Assembly: GCA_963810725.1 (NCBI GenBank)
Contig: CAWEOO010000004.1
Span: forward strand, 1,840-65,839
DNA: 64,000 nucleotides
Source of the DNA: an uncultured Chloroflexia bacterium
Lineage (GTDB): Bacteria > Chloroflexota > Limnocylindria > Limnocylindrales > CSP1-4
Direction of reading: 5' to 3'
Shown: positions 40,436 to 51,439 of the stretch, one piece after another
How the letters are laid out: every line of letters begins with the position of its first letter
How positions within the stretch are numbered: position 1 is the stretch's first letter
Made by a program: the position numbers and the translations under genes
Notes under the pieces: model-generated
Databases searched by the model: none
Seen by the model: only the letters and a program-made list of their open reading frames with translations
Told to the model about the DNA's origin: nothing

Positions 40436-42859
40436 GCCTGGCCTCCCTTCGCGGACTGGATCGCCGACCAGACCTTCTCCGCGGTGTACGGCATGTCGAG
40501 GTGGCGGATGCCGAGGCCGCTGAGGGCATCGATGACCGCGTTCGCGGCCGCCGCGGTCGAGGCGATCGCGCCGGCCTCGCCGACACCCTTCACCCCGAGC
40601 GGGTTCACCGGCGAGGGGGTGACGGTCTGGTCGAGCTCCAGGTTCGGGAACTGCGACGCCTTCGGCAGCGCGTAGTCGAGCATGGAGCCCGTCAGGAGCT
40701 GCCCGTCGTCGTTGTAGACGGCCCCCTCCCAGAGCGCCTGGCCGACGCCCTGGGCGATGCCGCCGTGGAGCTGCCCATCCACGATCATCGGATTGATCTT
40801 GTTGCCGACGTCATCGACGGCCACGTAGCGGACGAGCTCGACGACGCCGGTCTCCTCGTCGATCTCGACGACGGCGATGTGCGTGCCGAACGGCCAGGTG
40901 CAGTTCGGCGTGTCGTAGTAGGCGGTCTCGTCGAGATACGGCTCCATGCCCTCGGGCGCATCGAACGCGAGGTCGAGCGCGAAGGCGATCTCCTGGAACG
41001 TCTTCTTGCGGTCGGGCGAGCCCTTGACCGAATAGGTCGCGCCGTCGATCTCGATGTCGTCGGGCGACGCCTCGAGCATATGCGCGGCGTAGCGCCGCGC
41101 CTTGTCCTTGATCTTGTCCGCGGCCTTGATGGCGGCCGTCATCCCGACCGACGAGGTCCGGCTGCCGTACGACCCGTAGCCGAACGGCGTCCCCTGCGTG
41201 TCGGAGTGCTGGACGATGATGTCCTCCATCGGGATGCCGAGCTCGTGGCTCATGACCTGCGCGTAGGTCGTCTCATGACCCTGGCCCTGCGGCTGGGTGC
41301 CCACCGTGACGATGACCTTGCCGGTCAGGTGGACCCGGACGTTGGCCGATTCCCACATGGCCGCGCCCCAGCCCTCGCCGACGGCGCCGATCCATTTGCT
41401 GGGCGCGACACCGCAGACCTCGATGTACGTCGAGAGGCCCATGCCCAGGAGCTTGCCGCGGCTCTTGGCCTCGGCCTTCTTGGCAGCGAGGTCGCTGTAG
41501 CCGACGGTCTTGAGGGCCATGTCCATCGCCGGCTCGTAGTTGCCCGAGTCGATGTAGATCTTGGCGCCGCCGCTGGCGGTGCCCAGGCCGGACGGGTTCT
41601 CGTACGGGAACTGGTCGGGCTGGATGAAGTTGCGCCGGCGGAGTTCGGCCCGGTCCATGCCGATCTCGGCTGCGAACAGGTCCATCGCCCGCTCGATGAC
41701 GTAGGTCGCCTCCGGACGACCGGCGCCGCGGTAGGCGTCCACGAACACGGTGTTCGTGTAGACGCCGGTGACCTCCGCGTAGACGTTCGGGATCTTGTAG
41801 CAGCCGGCACAGGACCCGGGCGTAGAGCGTGGTCGGGATGCCCGGTCCGATCGTGGACAGGCGGCCACCGAGGTTGGCCAGCGTCTTGACCCGCAGGCCG
41901 GTGACCTCGCCGTCCTTCTTGCCGGCGATCTCGAGGTAGGTGATGTGGTCGCGGCCGTGGATCGTGCTCTGGTAGTTCTCGCGCCGGCCCTCGACCCACT
42001 TGACCGGGCGACCACCGATCTTCTTGCTGGCGAACATCGTCAGCGCCATGTCGGCATAGCAGAAGATCTTCGTCCCGAAAGCGCCACCGACGTCCGGGCT
42101 GATGCAACGGATCTTGTGCTCCGGGATGCCGGTCACGAACGCCGCCAGCAGCAGCCGCTGGATGTGCGGGGTCTGGCTGGACATCCAGACCGTGTACTCG
42201 TCGGTGCCTGGGTTGTACCAGCCGATGTCGCCGCGCGTCTCCATCGGGTTGGGGATGAGGCGCTGGTTGACGATCCGCTGGCGGACGACGACCTCGGCGC
42301 CGTCGATCGCGGCGTCCGTGCCGGCCTTGTCGCCGACGTTCCACTCGAAGACGATGTTGTTGGGGGCGTTCTCGTGGAGCTGCGGCGCGCCGGGTTGGGT
42401 GGCCTTCTCCGCGTCGACGACGGTCGGCAGCGGCTCCCAGTCAACGGTGATCGCCTCGATGGCGTCGTAGGCCTGCGCCTCGGTCTCGGCGACGACCGCC
42501 GCGACCCCCTCCCCGGTCCATTTGACGTCGTCCGTCGCGAGGATCCGCGGCGTGTTGACGTTGTTCTGGATGCCCGCACTCCCACCGGCCGGCCAGGCCA
42601 TCGGCAGCGGGTTGTACGGGATGTCCGCCCCGACGATCACGGTCACGACGCCCGGCATCGATTCCGCCGCCGACGTGTCGATCGAGCGGATCTTCGCGTG
42701 CGCGTACGGGCTGCGCAGGATGGCCATGTGGGTCATCGACTGGAGCTTGATGTCGTCGAGGTAGCGGCCTTCGCCGGTGATGAAGCGCGGGTCCTCGGTC
42801 CGCTTGACCGGCTTGCCGAGGACGGTTTCGATGGCGGGAGGGTCGAGGACGTCGGTCAT
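40432..42859 (-). CDS. Mo-hydroxylase large subunit, form II CoxL/XDH family (one frameshift near 41810)
   Basis: RTEDPRFITG, GGAFGTK, AYRGAGR (about 41716-41736), GQGHETT, GVKGVGE. Confidence 0.9.
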
Positions 42860-42876
42860 GGTGGTCTCCCCTTCCC

Positions 42877-43374
<498 letters not shown>

Positions 43375-43513
43375 GAGCCGACCTCCTTCGACGACTGAGT
43401 GCCAGTGGCGACCGGCCGTCCCGGCCCTCGACGGGGGGCGGTGCCGTGCGTCTTGCTGGAGCATCCGGAGCCTCGGGCCGACGGATCGCGCACGTTCGGC
43501 GAGAGGTCCGACG

Positions 43514-43542
43514 ATGGTGGCACCGCACGGTGCCGGAATCAA
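43514..43542 (-). promoter_or_regulatory. Putative promoter/operator of second cox-like operon
   Basis: TTGATT-17 bp-CACCAT; perfect GGCACCG-CA-CGGTGCC palindrome (43519-43534) in the spacer. Confidence 0.5.
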
Positions 43543-43569
43543 GCCCGCGGCGCGGAGGATGACGCCGAT

Positions 43570-43741
43570 TCTTGGCATCCAGTCACAGCGTTACTGCTAT
43601 GAGCCGAATCCACGGCGAATCGACCTCGCAACCGGCGTGATCCCTGGAATCCACGCACGCGAAGGCTGCGTTGGACCCGATCGAGCGCCCGATCCGCCGA
43701 ATTGTGGGTGATACAACCCACCCCAGTACTGCATGCCAAGG
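43570..43741. repeat. REP-like intergenic element, family A (forward + reverse units as terminal inverted repeats)
   Basis: 43570-43602(+) and 43709-43741(-) match the 5439-5618 units; internal GCGAAGGCTGCG also shared with 5486-5497. Confidence 0.75.
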
Positions 43742-43855
43742 TTCCTCGCACGGAGCTCACCTGCCGGCGTGAACTCGGGTTCCGGGACCGGCGCGCCGCG
43801 ATTCGGGTGCGGAAGACGGCGCCGAACTGGCTTCGTGGCGCCGGCGCGGCGCGGG

Positions 43856-45115
43856 TCAGGCGCCGGCCACGTCCTCCAGGGCGGCGCCGAGGCCGTCGAC
43901 CATCGTGTCGATCTCGCCTTCGGTGATCACGAAGGCCGGGGAGATGTGGAGGGCGTGGCCGCGCAGGACGCGCGTGGCGATCCCATGGCCCAGCGCCGCG
44001 GCGACGACCCGTGCCGGGATCCCCGGATCCGCGGCCAACCGGTCCGGTGCGATCGCGACGGCCGCCGTCAGCCCAACGGTCCGGATCTCCCCGACGAGCG
44101 GCAGCGTGGCCAGCCGCCGCACCGCGCTGTCCAGTACGGGTTCCAACGCCGCGACACGAGCCACGAGCCGGTCGCGCTCCAGGATGTCGAGGTTGGCCCC
44201 GGCGGCCGCACAGGCCGCGGCGTGCCCGGAATACGTATAGCCGTGCATGAACGCCGGCCCCGGCGCCGGTCCGTCCCAGAACGGCTCCTGCACGCGGCGC
44301 CCAACGATGACGCCACCCAGCGGGAAGTACCCCGACGTGACGGCCTTGGCGAAGAGGATCATGTCGGGCTCGATGGAGTAGCGCTCCGACCCCCACAGCA
44401 CCCCGGTCCGCCCGAACCCGGTGATCACCTCGTCGGCGATGAGCAGGACGTCGTGCTCGCGGCACAGCCGCTGGACCTCGGCCCAATACGAGGGCTCGGG
44501 CGGATAGACGCCGCCGGCCCCGATGAACGGCTCCCCGATGAATGCGGCGATCTCGGCGCCGCGCGACTCGAACAACGCGCCCAGGCTCTCGGTGTCATTC
44601 GCCCCGACGTTGACGACTTCCTCGATGATCTCGCCCCCGTAGCCCGTCTTGTTGCCGGGGATGCCGGCGAGGGCCGTGCCCCAGGCATGCATCCCGTGGT
44701 AGCCGTGCTCGCGCGACACGATGACCCGCTTTCCGGGCTGGCCCTGCACGTCCCAGTAGCGCCGCGCAAGCTTGGCCGCCGTGTCCACAGCGTCCGAGCC
44801 GCCCGAACCGAAGAAGACGACGGCCTCGACGATGGGTGCCATCGCGGCGAGGCGCTCGGCCAGGGCGATCGTCGGCTCCGACGTGTAGGCACCGAACGAT
44901 GAGTACGCCGGCAGCCGCTTGAGCTGCTCCGCGACCGCGTCCGCGATCTCGTGCCGCGAGAACCCGACGGCGCAGTACCAGAGGGCGGCGGTCGCGTCCA
45001 GGAAGCGCCGGCCGTCGACCGACTCGAGCCAGACCCCCTCCCCGGATCGAAAGACGATCTCCTTGTCCTTGACCGCGTGCATGTCGGCGAAGCCGTGCCA
45101 GAACCTGGACTGCAT
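43856..45115 (-). CDS. Class III PLP aminotransferase (omega-amino acid/polyamine type)
   Basis: FWHGF, GGSDAVDTA, GYHG, AFIGEP, IADEVITGFGRTG, FAKAVTSGY, HGYTYSGH. Confidence 0.9.
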   Translation of the reverse strand: MQSRFWHGFADMHAVKDKEIVFRSGEGVWLESVDGRRFLDATAALWYCAVGFSRHEIADAVAEQLKRLPAYSSFGAYTSEPTIALAERLAAMAPIVEAVVFFGSGGSDAVDTAAKLARRYWDVQGQPGKRVIVSREHGYHGMHAWGTALAGIPGNKTGYGGEIIEEVVNVGANDTESLGALFESRGAEIAAFIGEPFIGAGGVYPPEPSYWAEVQRLCREHDVLLIADEVITGFGRTGVLWGSERYSIEPDMILFAKAVTSGYFPLGGVIVGRRVQEPFWDGPAPGPAFMHGYTYSGHAAACAAAGANLDILERDRLVARVAALEPVLDSAVRRLATLPLVGEIRTVGLTAAVAIAPDRLAADPGIPARVVAAALGHGIATRVLRGHALHISPAFVITEGEIDTMVDGLGAALEDVAGA

Positions 45116-45339
45116 TAGGAGTCAACCCTCCCGGACATGGACATGCGAAGCATGGTACGGGCTCGCCCGTCGCTTCGGCATGTGCGCGGCCACCGATGCT
45201 CGGCTGCGTTGTCCGGAAGCCGACACGGCGTGGACGAGATGGAACGGTAGGCTTGATCCCCGGCGCGACGACGTCCGTCGCCTGCGTCGCGTCTTGCCAT
45301 ATCGATCATGAGCCCGATGGGCGCAGTGCAGGGGTTCTG

Positions 45340-45939
45340 GTGACGATCGACAGACTCGGCGGCGCGCTTGTCCTTGCATCTTGTGTTCTGCTCGTCGGCA
45401 CGGCAGCTGCTGCGATCGGTGGCGAGTCGGTCAGCATCGCCGGCCCAAGCTTGGGCGCCAACGTATTCACGGCGGCTCTCCTGCTGCTGGCATCGGGCGC
45501 TGCGATCCTCGCGGTCACCGCGCCAGCGGGCCTCCGGAGCCGTGCCGTTCGAGCCGGTCTTGGCATGCTCGCTGGTGGGATCGTCACGAGCACCGCCACG
45601 GCGAACGCGTCGGCGAGCAGCTACCTCATCATCGTCTTTCTCGCGGGCAACGTGGCGACGTTGTTCGGCCTCGCGACGACCGCTCTCGCGTTCCTCAGCT
45701 CAAGCGGTAGGCCGCGGTGGATCGGGTTCGCATTCTTGGCGGGTTTGCTACTGGTGATCGCGGCCGTCGTGGGGGCAAACGCGGCCGTTGGCGCCGATGG
45801 GTCGCCGTCGAAGGGCCTGCAAGGCGTCACCGGCGTTCTAGCGGTCTTCGGCGCAGCCGCCATGGTCCTTGCCATCTCCGGCATCGGCCTCATCGGCGTT
45901 CGGCCTGGGCTCAAAGGACAAGACGGCCCATTCGCTTGA
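45340..45939 (+). CDS. Hypothetical membrane protein
   Basis: About six Ala/Gly-rich hydrophobic segments. Confidence 0.55.
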   Translation: MTIDRLGGALVLASCVLLVGTAAAAIGGESVSIAGPSLGANVFTAALLLLASGAAILAVTAPAGLRSRAVRAGLGMLAGGIVTSTATANASASSYLIIVFLAGNVATLFGLATTALAFLSSSGRPRWIGFAFLAGLLLVIAAVVGANAAVGADGSPSKGLQGVTGVLAVFGAAAMVLAISGIGLIGVRPGLKGQDGPFA

Positions 45940-46962
45940 TTGTCACCGAGTAGGGAACTGGGGCGACGGCCGGTGAGGCAAGGACGTGGCCGCGGCATCA
46001 GACTGGCCGCCGCGTACTACCTGATCGCGGGTCTGATCGGGACGGCGCTCGGTGCCTATTACGGGCTTTCGCTCGCGCAGGCGATCCTCGGCGACTACGG
46101 TCACTCCCTCCAGGACTTCCTTGTACCGATCGTCGGGTCGCTCGTCGGCGTGACCTTGCTCCCGAGCGCCAGGCGGCTTCGGCGAGACCCGCCCCAACTG
46201 GGGCTGTTGGTAGGCGCGGGTGTCGTGGTCGGCCTCGCCGTGGCGGCGCTTCCGATCGTCCTGATTCTCTGGGTCGCGGACCTCTTCGGCTCCTTCAACG
46301 TCTTCGGCTCCGAGATCCCAACCGTCAGGCTCGTCCTGCCCTTTGTCGGACCGCTCCTGTGGGCCATCGCAAGCGCCGTGGCGATCTGGCGGCAGGCCAC
46401 CCGCGAGGAGCGCCGCGCTTTGGTGATGGGCCTCGGGGCCGCCTCGCTGATCACTGTCCTCGTGCCCCTGCTCATCGGGCTGGTCGGCGGTATCGCGGCC
46501 GCGTCGCGGCCCGTGATCACCGAATCACTCGGCACGATGACGCTTCGCCTTGAGGGCCCGATCGACCTGTTCCACTCGGGCGAGGCTCAGTGCGCCGTCG
46601 ACGCCTCCGGCGAGCAACTGTCCGTGAGTCGAGAACCTGACCCGGATTTGCAGGACCCCGATGAACGGTTCTCCCTCACGACGGCGACCGTGACGGCGCG
46701 TGACCGGTCCGCAAGCGGGCGCGAGCCGCGCGACGACGGGCTGGAGCTCTTGATCATGATCGGAAATCCCTACGCCGACGACGAGGAAGCTCGCGGCGCG
46801 CACCTCGTGTCGACCCAGAACAGCGTCCTCGAGGGTGGGTGGGACGGGGCCAGTGGGAGCCTCCGCTTCGCAAGGCTTGCCGCACGTCCGTATGGCGGGG
46901 GTCCTCCGGAGGACACGATCGAGTGGGAGGGCACCGTCGAGTGGACGTGCCCGAACATGTGA
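45940..46962 (+). CDS. Hypothetical membrane protein with soluble C-terminal domain
   Basis: Five TM segments, then an acidic beta-rich domain with two Cys ending VEWTCP. Confidence 0.6.
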   Translation: MSPSRELGRRPVRQGRGRGIRLAAAYYLIAGLIGTALGAYYGLSLAQAILGDYGHSLQDFLVPIVGSLVGVTLLPSARRLRRDPPQLGLLVGAGVVVGLAVAALPIVLILWVADLFGSFNVFGSEIPTVRLVLPFVGPLLWAIASAVAIWRQATREERRALVMGLGAASLITVLVPLLIGLVGGIAAASRPVITESLGTMTLRLEGPIDLFHSGEAQCAVDASGEQLSVSREPDPDLQDPDERFSLTTATVTARDRSASGREPRDDGLELLIMIGNPYADDEEARGAHLVSTQNSVLEGGWDGASGSLRFARLAARPYGGGPPEDTIEWEGTVEWTCPNM

Positions 46963-47111
46963 CGCTCTGACCTCAAACCGGCCATCGACGAGGGACATTC
47001 CGACACCCCCAGCGACGACCCCGACCCGCGGTCCGACTCAGCGGCGACCGGGGGGTTCGTTGGTGAGGTCGGTCGCCCGAGCTGAATGGTGCAGCGATCC
47101 TGCGCCGGGTG

Positions 47112-47972
47112 TCACGACCGCCGGCGTGGTCGTGGCGCCCGTGGCTCGTACCGACCCAGCGCCGCGCTGCGTTTGTCGATGGCTCTGGGGTCGATGGTCG
47201 CCAGCTGCTCATCACGCGGGGCGGCCGCCAGCCGTGCGGCGTCGCCCAGGCGCCGGACCTTCTCCGCGGCGACGGACCATGGCAACGCAGCCAGCGAACC
47301 GGCCGTGGCGAGCCCCACCCGAGCCGGCCCGCGGCCACGGGTCGAGGCCCCGTACCGTGCCGCCCACAACAACATCTCCGGGCTGTCATCGCTGCCCGCT
47401 CGTGTGGACAGCGCGCCGCAGATCAAGCCTCGCTCCGCCGGCCAGGCCGTGGCCAGCCGCCAGTTGTCGGGTCCGTCGATGAGGTCGACGGCGAGGCTCG
47501 CGTAGGCGCCGGCGTGGAGCGTCTCGATCCCGGCGTCGTCGGCGCTGCCGCCCGTGATCGCGAGCGAGAGGTGGACGTCGGCGCCGAGGTCGGAGGTCAA
47601 GCTCACGTGCGCGCTCGTGAACCGCGCACGAGCGTCGGCGTCCGCACCGATGCCGGTCGCCGCCGGCTCGTGGACCTCGATCCACCGGCAGCCGGCATCG
47701 GCCAGGGCGAGCAACAGCCCACGCAACGCCTCGGCGGGCCGGCCGCTCGTGTACGGGCCAACGACGACCGCCTTGACCAGCCGATCGGTTCGGGCCGCGG
47801 TCGCCTGCCACCCGCCGACGGGATCCTCGCCCTCGAGCGCCCAGCCGGCATCGGTCAGCGGCTCGAGCCCATGCGCGGCCTGGAGCGCCAGGACGGCGTC
47901 GAGGAGCGCCTCGGGCGCGGCATCGTCGGCCAGTGGAGGCCGTGGCAACGACCCCAGGAGCGTGGCGAACAT
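47112..47972 (-). CDS. Cobalamin-independent methionine synthase (MetE)-like barrel, zinc ligands apparently missing
   Basis: TLLGSLPRP, QAAHGLEPLTD, KAVVVGPYT, LADAGCRWIEVHEP, EKVRRL. Confidence 0.7.
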   Translation of the reverse strand: MFATLLGSLPRPPLADDAAPEALLDAVLALQAAHGLEPLTDAGWALEGEDPVGGWQATAARTDRLVKAVVVGPYTSGRPAEALRGLLLALADAGCRWIEVHEPAATGIGADADARARFTSAHVSLTSDLGADVHLSLAITGGSADDAGIETLHAGAYASLAVDLIDGPDNWRLATAWPAERGLICGALSTRAGSDDSPEMLLWAARYGASTRGRGPARVGLATAGSLAALPWSVAAEKVRRLGDAARLAAAPRDEQLATIDPRAIDKRSAALGRYEPRAPRPRRRS

Positions 47973-47994
47973 CGAGGCGACGCAGCGAAGTCGG

Positions 47995-49184
47995 TCAGGC
48001 GGTCCGGATGGCCGTACCGACAAGCAGGCCGGCGACCACCACGATGACCACGACGCCGAGCGCGATGACCGACGCAAATGGCGGCACCTTGGCCATGTGC
48101 GCAGACCCCGCCTCCCTGCCACGCTGCCAGAGCGAGGCGAGAGTCTGGACCCGCGTCGGCGGGATGATGGCGCCGAGCCAGAGGCCTGCGGCCAGCCCGC
48201 CGAGGTGGGCGGCGTTGTCGATGCCCGGCACTGCGAACCCGAAGAGCAGGTTGATGACGATCAGCATCCCAAGCTGGCTCACGATCGAGCGGCTCTGCTT
48301 GTCGACGGGATGGTGGATCCGGCCCGCCGCCAGGAGCAGCCCGAACAGCCCGAAGACCGCCCCCGACGCCCCGACCGATGGCACATCGCCACCCAGGACG
48401 AAGCTGCCGATCGAACCGGCAGCGGCACACGCGAGATAGAAGACCAGGAAGTTCAGCGACCCGTACCAGCGCTCCACGATGCGGCCGGACAGGTAGAGCG
48501 CGTACATGTTGAAGAAGAGGTGCAGCTCGTTGCCGTGCAGCAGCGTGACCGTCCACAGCCGCCAGTACTCGCCGGCGGCGACGGCCGGCTTATCCAGCTG
48601 CGAGGGCGTCGTACAGCGCCCCACCCTCCACCGACAAGCGAGCAGACAGCGACACGATGACGGTTGCCGCGATGAGGACCATCGTCACCGAAAGGAGCGG
48701 TGCATCCCCCCGCCCCTTGGCGAAATAGCGGCGCGCTGCCTTCGGATCGCCCGACTCCTTGACGAGCCAGCCGAGCCGGGTCGCGATCTCCGCCTTGTCC
48801 CCCGCGGGCGCGCGGCGGTCCGCCTGGCGGTAGGCCTCGATGGCGCCGCCGAGGTCGCCAGCCCGGACCCGAGCCGCGGCGACGTTCCGCCAGGCCGGAT
48901 ACGTCGATGGCGTCTCGCCGACCTTGACGGCCGCCTCCCACGAGGTGAGCGCCGAATTCGTCGTCCCCGAGTCGATAGCGGGCTTCGCCCAGACCCAGGA
49001 GGCCCGCAGCCGTGATCGCGGCGTCATCGAACCCGATGACTCGCCCGTAGCGGACGGCCGCGTCCGCGAATTCGCCCGCCTTGAGCGCGGCGTCGGCCAG
49101 TTCCAGGAGGGCGGTCGCCTCATCGCGCGACAGGCGCCCGGACCGTGACGGGTCAGGGCCGACGGGGGGTTGGGGATCGTCCAT
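47995..49184 (-). CDS. TPR-containing rhomboid intramembrane serine protease (frameshifted)
   Basis: N-terminal TPR-like helices; GEYWRL, HLFFNM, catalytic GASG and AHLGG. Confidence 0.85.
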
Positions 49185-49211
49185 CGAGCCGACGATACTA
49201 GACTTGCCCCC

Positions 49212-49925
49212 ATGTGCGGACGGTTCACCCAGGAGCGCCCGGCGTCCGAGCTTGCCGAGATCTTCGCCGCCGAGCCCCTCGTGGACGATCCGGGTGCCCG
49301 CTTCAATGTCGCTCCGACCGACGAGGTCCTGGTCGTCGTCCAGCGCGAGGAGCGACGGGCGATCACGGCGTACCGCTGGGGCCTCGTCCCGCACTGGTCG
49401 GCGGACCTCAAGACCGGCTCACGCATGTTCAACGCCCGGGCCGAGACGCTGACCACGAGCCCGGCCTTCCGAGAAGCCTTCAAGCGCCGCCGCTGCCTCA
49501 TCCCGGCCGAGTCGTTCTACGAGTGGAAGCGCGAGGGGAGCGTCCGCCAGCCGTATCGAGTCGTGCGCGAGGACGGGCGACCGCTGGCGTTCGCCGGATT
49601 ATGGGCGGGCTGGAAGGACCCATCGACCGAACAGGTCCGGCGCACGTGCACGATCGTGACCACGACACCGAACGAGGCGATCGCCGGCCTGCATGACCGG
49701 ATGCCCGTGCTGATCCCGGACGACGCCTGGGAGCGCTGGCTGCATCCGACCGCGACGGCGCCGGACGAGCTGCTGGCGATGCTCCAGCCGACGGACGAGA
49801 TCGCCCTGCGGATCTACCCGGTCAACCGCGATGTCAACGATGTGCGGCGCGACGGGCCTGAGCTCATCGAGCCACAGGTCGTGGCCGCCGCTGCCGCCCC
49901 GGCGGAGGGCACGCTCGGGATCTAG
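49212..49925 (+). CDS. SOS response-associated peptidase (SRAP/HMCES/YedK family)
   Basis: MCGRF N-terminus, RWGLVP.W, FNARAET, RRCLIPA..FYEW, HDRMP. Confidence 0.95.
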   Translation: MCGRFTQERPASELAEIFAAEPLVDDPGARFNVAPTDEVLVVVQREERRAITAYRWGLVPHWSADLKTGSRMFNARAETLTTSPAFREAFKRRRCLIPAESFYEWKREGSVRQPYRVVREDGRPLAFAGLWAGWKDPSTEQVRRTCTIVTTTPNEAIAGLHDRMPVLIPDDAWERWLHPTATAPDELLAMLQPTDEIALRIYPVNRDVNDVRRDGPELIEPQVVAAAAAPAEGTLGI

Positions 49926-50596
49926 GCGGCAGGTGCCGCGGTCAGGTCGCGGTAGGCAGCGGCGGCATCGTCGCCGCGCGACAGGGCGGCGGCATATCGC
50001 CCGATGCGCGCCCCGACTCCCTCCGCGTCGTCGGCCCGCGCCGCGACCACGAGGGCATCGGCGGGGACGCCGGCGCGGGACGTCGCCCTCCGGCTCGAGC
50101 ACCACCACCAGCCGGGCGCCCGCCCAGCCGGCCGCCGAGACGGCTTCGGCCAGCAGCTCCGACGACGGATGCACGGCGACGAGCACGCCGAAATCGGTCA
50201 GATAGCGAAGCGCCAGGGAGACGTCGGCAGCGTCGAGGGCCGGGCGGAGGCCGGCGGGCGCCGCGGCCTCGTCGACGGTCGTGCCGGACCCGTCGCGCGC
50301 GGCGCCGTCCGTGGTGGCTCGGTCGAGTCGTCGAGAGCAGGGTCGGTGGGCTCGTCCGTTCGCGCCCGGACGGGCGTGAGGCGCGACGGGTCACGCAGCG
50401 TCGCCACGTGGCCGACGCCGTCCCGCGCCAGCGCAAGCAGCACCGCATCCCCCGCCGGGTCGTCGCCGGCCTTCGAGATGAACTCGACCCGCGCGCCCGC
50501 AGCGGCCGCCGCTGCGGCGACCGCGGGCGCGAGCCCATCCGGCTCGGGCTCCTCCACGGATCCACGCAGACCAAGTCCACCGATGACCACGATCAC
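49922..50596 (-). CDS. Hypothetical protein with PfkB-like N-terminal segment (frameshifted)
   Basis: IVVIGG, GARVEFISKAGDDPAGD..L..L..DGV; TACGCT 6 nt before GTG. Confidence 0.5.
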
Positions 50597-50695
50597 GACC
50601 GAAGCGTAGCGTGCGGGACCGTCCGGGGACGTGCGGAGATGTGCGGGTATGTCGGCCTGTCAGACGACGTTGCCACCCTGCACCGAAACCGGCCG

Positions 50696-50783
50696 AATGT
50701 CATTGGCTGGGCAAGGTAGGTACTAGTACTATCGGCCCTCGCCAGCTCGGGGGAGCGCGCAGTGATCTCACAGGCACTCGGGG
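50696..50783 (+). promoter_or_regulatory. Tad-cassette promoter/operator, copy 1
   Basis: AATGTCATT palindrome, GCAAGGT.GG.A.TAGTACTATCGGC with -10 TACTAT (50727-50732), GGCACTCGGGG; duplicated at 54134. Confidence 0.7.
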
Positions 50784-51439
50784 TCCTAGTCGGCCGTTTC
50801 TGGGCTCGATCTTCCGATTCGACCCGTGGTCAGTCGCTGGTCGAATTCACCTTGGTCGTGCCGATCCTCCTCATCCTCGTCGTTGCGATCGGGGACTTCG
50901 GGAGGATCTTCGCTACCGGCGTCCTCATCGAGTCCGCCGCACGCAGCGGGGCGGAGCTGGCTGCGAATGACTACCTGGCCGACCCGCCAGGCAGCGATAC
51001 CGCTCCGGCGGTCTATCTGAGTGACCCGGCACCCCCCAACTCCGTCGACCCGGGTTACTACGCCGAGCTTCACGAGCGCGTCGCCCGTGCCATCTGCGTC
51101 GAGACGCAGGAGCTCCCCAACAGCAACTACGACCCCGTAACCGGCGAGTGCACCGGCATGCCATTCGTGATGGTGTGCATCCACGACGGCCAGGACGACG
51201 AGTGTCACAGCGAGTCATTCGGAGCCGCCGTTTCGGCCGGTTGCGACCAGTTCACGCCTCCACCGAGCAATAGCCATGGAGGATCGGGCACGCCGCGCTG
51301 GGCGGAAGTCCGGATCTGTTACCAGTTCACGTCCCTCGTCGACATGCCGTTGTTCTCGTTCGGAGAATTCTGGCTCCAGAAGTCACGGACCTTCGCGATC
51401 CCGTGCTACTTCGTGCTGGGCACCGACGAATGCGGCTGA
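50762..51439 (+). CDS. TadE-family minor pilin
   Basis: RG|QSLVEF prepilin site, hydrophobic helix, AARSGA; several Cys. Confidence 0.85.
   Translation: MISQALGVLVGRFWARSSDSTRGQSLVEFTLVVPILLILVVAIGDFGRIFATGVLIESAARSGAELAANDYLADPPGSDTAPAVYLSDPAPPNSVDPGYYAELHERVARAICVETQELPNSNYDPVTGECTGMPFVMVCIHDGQDDECHSESFGAAVSAGCDQFTPPPSNSHGGSGTPRWAEVRICYQFTSLVDMPLFSFGEFWLQKSRTFAIPCYFVLGTDECG

Noticed and set aside
43375-43855. Moco riboswitch upstream of Mo-hydroxylase operons (also 23322-23600)
   Set aside because: No recognisable Moco-RNA consensus by eye; the region is explained by a promoter and a repeat element. An Rfam scan would settle it
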